DNA of 64,000 nt from Blastocladiella emersonii ATCC 22665 (taxonomy: Eukaryota > Fungi > Blastocladiomycota). The stretch is taken from positions 1,612,001-1,676,000 of the forward strand of contig JANHCV010000010.1 of assembly GCA_025594325.1 (NCBI GenBank), written 5' to 3'. Every line of letters starts with the position of its first letter. Within the stretch, counting starts at the first letter, position 1. The notes beneath the pieces are model-generated. The model was not told the DNA's origin, made no database searches, and worked only from the letters and a program-made list of their open reading frames with translations. Shown one piece after another: positions 55,734-64,000 of this stretch. Made by a program: the position numbers and the translations under genes.

Positions 55734-58700
55734 ATGCAATGCATCGACGCTGATGCCCCGGCGCACCTAGTGGAGTGTTTTGCCGCCTTTGAACTCACGG
55801 CGATCGAAGACTGTGCGACCCCTCTCGTTCGGGCCTCCTACGCGACGAGTCCGCTTTATCACGATCCCGTGCCATGTACAAACTCCTTAAGTCCAAGTCA
55901 CCCTTCGTGTGTCGGCGCTGCTCTCATCGATTCGCTGCATCTCTTTGCACTTCCAAACCCGGCCGCAATCCTGAGGGCAAGCGCCGATACGGACCCACCA
56001 TTTGGCCACCGTGAAACAACATGCAAACGAGGCTCGACAACTGGAGCACGCTGCTTAACCGCTGCGGAGGATTGGACATCTGCGAGCACGGCAGCTGTCC
56101 TGGATCTTCCCGCCTTCCATGAATTTGCGCTGACCGATGCTCACGGTCGACACCGCTATGCAAGCTGTCTTCGCGTTCCCGCACAGTGGGTTAGGTTCGC
56201 AGTTGGCGAAAACCCTGCGGCGGGGGTGCCCGATGTTCCGTTCGAAGCCCACCTTGCTGGGCAGTCCGATGGTCATCACAATTTAACCCCCGTTGACTGT
56301 GACCACGATCGCCCACTGCAGCGTCGCAAAGTAGTAACGTCCGGTGCCGGCGGCCAGCCGGTTCCCCGAAGTCCCTCCACCTCGTCATTGTTTGGAGCGC
56401 GGAGCGTGACCTGCTTCTGTGTCATCTCATCGCTCCCAGCCCTAGACACTCTTCGGCGATGCCTCGGTGATCTTCTCGAGCGAATCCAGAAAACTCGCGC
56501 GGCAGGAGGCTCCCCTTCCGCCCCTGTCATTGAAGAATGGGCCTGGAGCGTGCTTCACGACATTGTTTTACCAGTTCCTTCGTCGGACATTCAGCTCCGC
56601 CTCCAGCTTCCTGCCCTTGGTCAAACGATTTGCATCCCTACCAATGCGGGACGCTCTCAATCAAGCGCGGGCCCGCCCGTTTTGACCTGCGACTTTCCGC
56701 TCGCGCGACTTTCGGAGTATTTGTCAATCAACACCATCTGCTCAGCCATGGCCGCCATTCTTACCGAACGTCGAGTACTGGTCGTATCACGTTCGCCAAC
56801 TCTCACGATGCATGCTTGTGAAACTTTCCGGACACTTGTTGCGCCGTTACATTGGGTGTCAGTCTACATTCCGGTACTTCCAGCATCGCTCTGCGATGTT
56901 ATCGATGCACCGACGGTCTACCTCGTTGGATGTGATCGTTGGGCCCTGTCCGCTGTCGGTGTTGACCGTATCGTTGTACCTCAATCACGGAGCATGTCAC
57001 CACGCGACTCGGCGTACGTGGAAGGCCGCGGTGACGACCTCGTCATACGCACTCACCGGCATACCACTGAGCACCTGCCTGGCGGTGCCCCTCATTCCAG
57101 CTCCGAATCTACGAGTTCACCGTCTTTTGCGCCAGTAGTCGTGGACTTGGACGAGGACTGCCTATACAATTGGGATTCAACTGCGGCTGAACTTCCCTGG
57201 TCCCGGGGTCTCGCGCAGCGACTCAAAGCCGCAATCGGACTGGCCTCAATATCCACGGCTGATTCACTTTTTGGGACATGCGACTCATACACAACTTCTC
57301 CAAGCTCTGAACACGACCGCAACACTCGCGTACAGGAGGCCTGGATGGATTGGTGGGTCGAGGTGTTTGGCCAACATGAAGCTTCTTGTGACCAGGATAT
57401 GTTTTCAACTGAAAAGTGGCTTCAGCGCTTTGTCGAATGTTCGGAGCCCGCTCAAAACTGGGCCAGGGTACGTTTTCTGCTGCGTGTCGCACGTTGTCTC
57501 GTCCTCGCTAATCACTCCTTGAGCTAGGAGTTTTCCTCGACGACCATGTTCCAAGCGTTTATCGCCGATCGCATCCGTTCGAGAGCTGAGTCGCCATCAA
57601 GTGGGCCAACATCTGTGTTTGATCGCTATGCGGAATCGAGACTGAACCTTCCGCAGTGGGCGCGCCGATCTTTGACGACGAGCCTTCATACCTTGCCAAC
57701 CCCACTTCAGGCGACGACCGTCGAGTACTCGCTGGCGCGAATGAGCGAAGCCTCTTCCAGTTCGCCGCCTGACAACTCGTCATACCTTCATGTCCCTGCG
57801 CGTCTATGGAGCAACAGCGAAACCAGCGGCCGCGCCCAACTTACTTTCAGCCCGCAGATCATGGAGCTCCGAAAGCGTACAGAATCTATCATGACAGCTT
57901 ACGAGAGACCACTCGCCTCGGCCTTGGCTCCAACGACTCTATGTAACGTGGCTGGCGCTAGTCCCCCTCTCCACACTTCTGCTGCCGGAGAACTTCTCAA
58001 TGACGCATCAATGTGCGTGGATGTGGAAGGTTCCTCAGTGCCTCGTGTTGGCGCACTGCATGTTTCTTCAAGGGTTTCCGATTTTCAGGAGAGGCAACCG
58101 GACCACCGACATGAAGCGGGTTGTCACTCGCAACGCAAGCGCACGGGTACCGCAGCATCCTCCGGCTCGTACTCTGGTGGCAGTCACCACTTAGGCACAC
58201 CACACAAGGCGCGCAGCCGTGTCTCCAGTTCGTCTGGAACTATCTTGTCAGCGGTTCGACATCCATTGGTTCTCCTTCAGACGCCCTCACAAACCTCAAT
58301 CACGACTGAGCAAATGGCATCCAACTCCTCCAATGAACTTGTGGAGCTTTGTACGATGACGCCCAGGCGCATGCAAGCCTCCGCAAATTCACCACAGGAA
58401 AGCCCAATGAAACGGCGGATCACCGCCGTCCACCGCTCAACACCTTCTAGTGACTTGCGCCGCGGCCTTGCGGCCCTCACCGCCTCACTATCTCTGAGTT
58501 CTGTTGCGCACGAGGCGCGGGCTGGTAGCGTAGAGACTGCACCCGAGTTCCTTCTCCTTAACGCTGGCCTGGAACAGCAACGTGTTGCACCCTCATTACA
58601 AGACCCGCCCGGCTCAAACTTGGAGCATTTGTCGTCTCTTCTGAATGATATGATCCTCGAGTTCACGACACATGCACGAATGGAGCAAGGCTCGAGTGGC

Positions 58701-59541
58701 CGACCGAGAGCTTTCATTGTGGACGATGGGCGGGTGCTCACGAAGATCAGTCGGTCGCCAGGATTCCTCAAAGTTGCCGAGCGTGCTCGATGGCTCGCGC
58801 AGTCTGACCTATGGCCCGAACTTGGCTCTAGCTCAACTCCAACGCTACGCATGTGCGTTTACGCAAACCTGCGCAGTCTCCTCATGCTGCACTCTGCGTG
58901 TTCCATCCTCCATACGGCCACAGGCACGTCAATTGGAAGCCAAACACGGGTTGCTTACAATGTCGCGGGGCAGTCCTTCGATCTGGAAGCGCTTAGTGTG
59001 GCCACTCTGACAACTCCAGTACTCGGTGGAACTGGTAATGGAAGCGACATCACAGCCTCGCCCCTGTTCAGCCTAGCCTTGGCAGACGGCACTTCCCGTG
59101 GTCCAAGAACAATAGTGTGGTCGTCAGAAAACGCTGCCGACATGCTTGTCGAGCAAGCGACTGAATTCGTTGATCGTGCGTTCCTTCCCTTGCTCGAACA
59201 TGGCCGGAGAACGCTTTATGTTCCGCGCATCGGGTACGCTTTACATCGCGCTACTGCTCATCATAGCGCTCCCACTCATGCGCTAACCGACTGTCATTCT
59301 GCTATTCCCTTGTAGTGGAAGCCTGTCACTCGGCCGGTCTGTTGATTCGAGCTCAGCGGCCCGCGACCTTGTGCTCTGGATCGCCACTCACCTTCGAGAG
59401 ACTCGGCTCGTCCAATTTCTCAATGAGCACGGGCTGGTTAAACACACTCCACAGCTGCGACTTTCGAGCAAACTGACTATCCGGTTGCTTCCTGCTGCTG
59501 AGGGTGCTGGTTTCCGCTTTCCGCTGCCACGTTTCGCGTGA
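55734..59541 (+). CDS. DENN-domain Rab GEF with probable C-terminal RUN-like domain (DENND5-like architecture)
   Basis: uDENN (LVECFAAF..FALTDAHGRHRYASCL..CFCVISSLP), cDENN (AAILTERRVLVVSRS..LVAPLHWVSVYIPVLP..VIDAPTVYLVG; VVVDLD), dDENN (FSSTTMFQAFIADR); tail LPLLEHG..LVLWIATHLRETRLVQFL..FRFPLP resembles RUN; introns near 57469-57528 and 59234-59315. Confidence 0.8.
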
Positions 59542-60465
59542 ATGTGAGGATTCTTGATGGAGGATTCACGTAACTTTTATAGACCCGTTCTCTTTCTCTC
59601 TCCAAAGCCAAACCCCATCCATGTTAGCATAAATCCCAGTCATTGGTGTCGCGCGACGCGCGTGATGCTCGGGTCACGCGCGAGCGCGTAGCGCCGATCG
59701 CGCCACATTGCCCACCACCGCGAACACGGCTGTTCGCGCCCGGCCGCAGCTGGTGACTCGCCGCCCGTTTCCTGTCGCCCTCAAAAGGTGGCCGCACCCT
59801 CGCCGCGGACGTGAGCTCTCTTTAGCTCACGTTTCCTGATCATACAGGTGTGTGCGGCCTCCTCACCCTCCTTTTCCCTCTTGTTTCCTCTCCATCTTGT
59901 CCCCATCATTCTCCCGAATAAAGCTCACGTTTCCGGATCATACAGTTGTCTCGGGAATCGTGTGGGCTCGACACCACCAGCGCCGTGCTTTCCCCCGCGG
60001 TGCTCTTCATTGGGACCACTGCTTATGGCTGCAGGACGCCGTGGAGGCGTGTATTGATCTTCAGGGCAAAGAAAACTTCAAGAGCTGGCTGGCCAAGGAG
60101 ATACGGAGACGGATTTCGTGTAATTGGTCTGCGGGTGCGGGGTACTAAGTGGATGGTCGTCAGGCTGGTTTGCGAGTCCTCAAATCTCTCCACAGCGAGA
60201 TTAGACGCTTCGCGGTACCGTCACGGACAACATTGAGAGCGTCCACCAATTGAAGCAGAGCGCCGCCACGGACCGAAATCAGCGAGTGAGTGGACGTGAC
60301 GCTAAGGTGCACGTGACGTTCGACACTGACGCGCCACCGTGTGCGCCACCTGTCGGCGGTCGGCGTTCATCCCCCCCCTCCGGATCACCGTAGGCGTTCA
60401 TTGACTCCTCCCGACAGTCTATGCAACGAACTACTATCACTTGACGCAATCCGCCATTCCAGTCA

Positions 60466-63400
60466 ATGACTTCCCTCGCGCCGGTTCCCGCGCCCCCTGC
60501 CCGGCGGAGGCCGTCCCGCCACCGCCCCGGCAGGACCCCGACCGCGGTGAGCGATCGCGACTGTACGTTGGTTGGATAAATAGCGTCTTGCCGCTGTTCT
60601 GCTAAGTCTACATGTTGGTAAATCTTTCCAGTGCTTCTTGCGTATGGTTTGGACTCGATGGATGCCGATCGCTGGGTTGAGCCCAGCGGCGAATCGAGTG
60701 CTGTTGTCCACGGTCCCACGGTTTCAAGCTTAGGAAGCGCGGAACTTGTCAAATCAGCTTCCAATGCAAGCGTTGGACCACCGGGGCTCCCTCACGCCGT
60801 TGGCCCGGCTGGCAGCCGTGGCGCTGACCTCACTGCAGCCGGCAGCGGAGCCGTCGAGGACATCGACCCGCTTTGCCTCAAGGGCAGTATTTTCCGCGAT
60901 CTTCCCCGGAACTCGGCTGTAAGCCGCGAGCAGCTCTCTATCTCGCATCGTGAGTTCGACCCCAAAAAGTTCCTTGCCCATGTTCACCCTGAAGCAACGT
61001 TTCGGGACCTCGAGTACGGGCTATCCCGGCTGGACGATACGGGCGAGCAGCAGGCGGAACTCATGCGAGGGCTGGTCCGCGACTACTTTGGCGACTTCAT
61101 CATGGCCAAGTCAACCGTCGACGGTACGCAACAGGTATTGATTTGGTGCTGCAGATATCGTTAACTCACTCCTGTCGTTCTTTCTCCTTCCTGTCTTCAG
61201 ACACCTTCCGAGCGATGAGCGCCCGCGAACTTGATCCTGCTGCTCAGTTCGGAACGGATGCGTTCTGGGACACGCTAAATATTGCCTCGACAACCAGCAG
61301 CCAAGTCTTTGGTCCTATTCTGGAACGTCGCTTGCAATCGGAGAAGATCAGATCCACCCTTGCGGTCCTGGAGCGATTCAAGTTTTTTATCAACTTACCC
61401 TCCGCTCTGCAGGCGGCTGTGCTCAATGGTCACTTGGACGCTGCGGTTCGCGACTTCAAAAAGGGGCGCGCCTTGCTGCAGTCCATGTACCCGTCCATAC
61501 TTGCTCCCATGGGGGAGCCGTTTTCCTTGGTGAGTCCCGCGCTATTGCTAGCCAGCAACGCTACTGCTTCGACCTTTTTACATCAACAGCGGCGCTTGTT
61601 TGAGGCTATTTGGGCCGAAGTTACGCATGTTACTGCTCAGGTCCAGGACCGGCTCTTTCGACAGCTCAGCGAGCATTCTCTGCCTGCAGACGAGCAAGAG
61701 CAAGCCATTTCCTTAATCCTGGATATCGACCCTGCAAGTGACCCGGTTTGGTTTTACCTCGAGTCGCGCTTCAAATGGATCCTCTCGCGACTCAAGGAGC
61801 GTGTGTCCCTTCATTACCGAGGTACGCACTGCGCAAGCTTTACCAAAGCCTCCACTTGTGGCCGTACGTGCGTTCGCTGCTAATTCGGGCGTTCCTTGTC
61901 GTTCGTTAGCTCAAGAAAGCAACTCTCAAGTACCTGAGCGTTTCCAGCCGGGCCAATTTCTGCGCGCCATTGCTGTGCGCAACAAAAAGGACTACGAGCA
62001 AGCGTTTGGTACGTATGATCCGGGTATGATCACACCGTTCAATGCTAATGTCGTCTGCACATTTTGCGATACCCATTCACCGCAGGGAAGGAGCCCGAGG
62101 CGGCAAACTGGCAAGCGCGCTCGCAGCTAATGTTGGATCTTGTTCACTGCCTTGCGGGAGCACTCCCCGATTTTTGGAAGCTTGCCAAAGGTTACATCGA
62201 GGGCAAGTACTCATCGAGGGACAATGGTGTACAGCAACCTGTCGGACGAGCCGGTGGCCGCGGAGGTCAGCTCAACTTGGACTTGGCCAAAGTCGAGCAG
62301 TGCCATCGCATGGTCCGTGATCTCGCGGACTACTTTGGGACCCTTGTTCAACATGTTGTCGCTCTTTCACCAGCGCACGGCAACGTACCAGGTACCGTTC
62401 CCGCGCACGGATACCCAAGCACAAGTCCCCCGTCGTCACCAGTGGCAGCAGTTCCAGGGCTCATGTCCCTTCCTCCGCTTCCGCCACTTACGCACGTCAA
62501 CAGCCTCACAGTGGCAGCATTCGCACCACGGATGGCGACTTCTCTTCATGACTGTTCTGAGCAAATCCTTCAAATCAAGGTCCCCTCAGACACTGTTGCT
62601 AGCGTGTTGTCGGCAGTGGACCGGGTTAAGGCACGCCTCCTGGAAATGTTGCTGGCCTCCTGGATCACAGGTACTCGGTTTTGCTTGAACAGCTAGATCT
62701 CTCATCGATATTGACGCGCCGTACCTCTAGACATCCACACTTTGGTTTTGCTCGAGGATTGGAAGCTGGACGAGAGCGGCTCCACTGCTCTGGTTGGCTT
62801 GTTTACTTCATACGAGAAGACCATGCTTCAGGCCGCCTATAAAGTCGCGCGTTCGGCAGCAGCCCAAGATAGCGGAGGGGCACCATCGATGCCAGCCACG
62901 CGCCTTGGCAATCTCATTGTGCCAACGTTTTTCGAATCTGTGGCCCAGTTTTTGGATGGTCTTCGCAACGTCCTTGTCACGGGACGAATCAACGAGGACC
63001 AGGCTGTTCCAGTCCCAGTCACTGCTCGGGGCAAATCTTTGCAAGGGGTCCCCGCAGGATCACTTACTGCTGGCAGCAGCGGGACCTGGCGTGCCCTCGT
63101 CTTATTGTGCAACCTGGACGCTGTCATTCACTCGGCCATACCATCATTGGTCACGATGCTTGAATCGCTTTCGGGGCAGCCCGTCTCTGCCGAGCTGAGC
63201 CGAGCTGTCGCGCTAGCACAGGCATTGGACGCCGAGGCCATGGTCAATGTGGTCCGGAAGTCAATTTCTGTCCTCGAGCCTCCTTTGCTACGAGGAACAG
63301 ACCCCAGCCAGGTCGACTGGCTTAACATGCCAAAGCCAACGGGTACGGGAATTCCATTTCTTCATCGACACCACCACGTAAAGTAACCCGACCTTCCTTT

Positions 63401-63821
63401 CTCTACAGTCGTCCGACCTTGGGTGTACCAGGTCCTTATGGAGGTGGTCGACTTACACGCGCTTGTCTCCACTGCATTTCCGCCTTTGACCACGCGAGTG
63501 ATCACTCAAGTGCTCGCTGGATTTTCGCAGCTCCTCATTTCAGCTGTGAAAAGGCTCGACGCGCTCGGGCTTGGCGGGCTACTCCAAGTCACCCTCGAAA
63601 TCGAGTTCATTCATCAAACTTTGTCAAAGTTCGAGTCACCCGAGGCCACGGAATGTTTCCAATCTGCATACACCTCGGCTATGCAGGCCTTCCGCCCAGC
63701 TCGCGGCGCTGACCCGCAAGCCGCCAAAGCTGAGCTGCACCAAGAGCTCGGAACTGTCAAAAACATCCTTTCGCATGCGTTTAAAGCAACTGACCTCCAG
63801 TATTCTTGCTTCCGCTCGTGA
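60466..63821 (+). CDS. SEC5: Exocyst complex component Sec5/EXOC2, multi-exon
   Basis: LLAYGLDSMDADRW, ISHREFDPKKFLAHVHPEATFRDL..LVRDYFGDFIMAKSTVD, GPILERR..KIRSTLAVLERFKFFINLP, DPVWFYL, LLQVTLEIEFIHQTL..LQYSCFR; ATG 60466 inferred via an intron ending at 60631. Confidence 0.92.
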
Positions 63822-64000
63822 CCGTTGGTGCATACTACACCACTGATCCTCGATTTGACTCTGTGAATTTCGTTGTTCACCGTTGATTATGAATAATAAT
63901 TTAATTTTTAAACCTCTACTAGTTCCCATGTTGTCCCTGGCTACTCTAGCGGGCTCCCCTAGCTTGTGCGTGCCTGCTGCCCGTTGGTAGCCGATTCTAC

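Noticed and set aside
1-64000. tRNA, rRNA, LTR, transposase or viral (NCLDV, polinton) genes
   Set aside because: None recognised by eye; tRNAscan-SE, Infernal and a repeat library search would be needed to exclude small RNAs.

Overview
Compact, intron-containing (GT..AG) eukaryotic DNA, most consistent with an early-diverging (zoosporic-type) fungus. This is inferred from gene content: a White Collar-2-like PAS-GATA factor and fungal-type housekeeping genes together with ITFG2, GSKIP, RING/TRAF, BK-like and Kv-like channel genes. About 27 protein-coding loci can be supported, including CDD1 (partial), a subtilisin, an M14 carboxypeptidase, RPA135, VPS15, WC-2, two K+-channel-family genes, PCC1, RRP7, TXNDC17, ITFG2, mitochondrial AspRS, MRP10, a DENN-RUN protein and SEC5. 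No rRNA, tRNA, CRISPR array or transposase was recognised. The main structural anomaly is a 5,375-bp four-gene block (RING-TRAF, orphan, GPI-anchored protein, carboxypeptidase) present twice (2831-8205 and 50298-55672). The copies have a constant offset of 47,467 bp and identical six-frame translations. The block has a diverged-homologous left junction, a non-homologous right junction and a 7-bp CCGCGCT direct repeat at both ends, and the second copy is a GC-rich island in GC-poorer DNA. Other notable items are a BK-like channel whose filter reads TSGLST rather than TVGYGD, next to WC-2 and a canonical Kv gene; a 44-unit G-quadruplex-type (GAGGGAC)n array; a J-domain-less Sis1-like gene; a triplicated exon-intron unit; a stand-alone prokaryote-like asparagine synthetase domain; and a recurrent intergenic ACGCGTCGCG motif. 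Gene boundaries and splice sites were inferred by eye, and no database searches were run.
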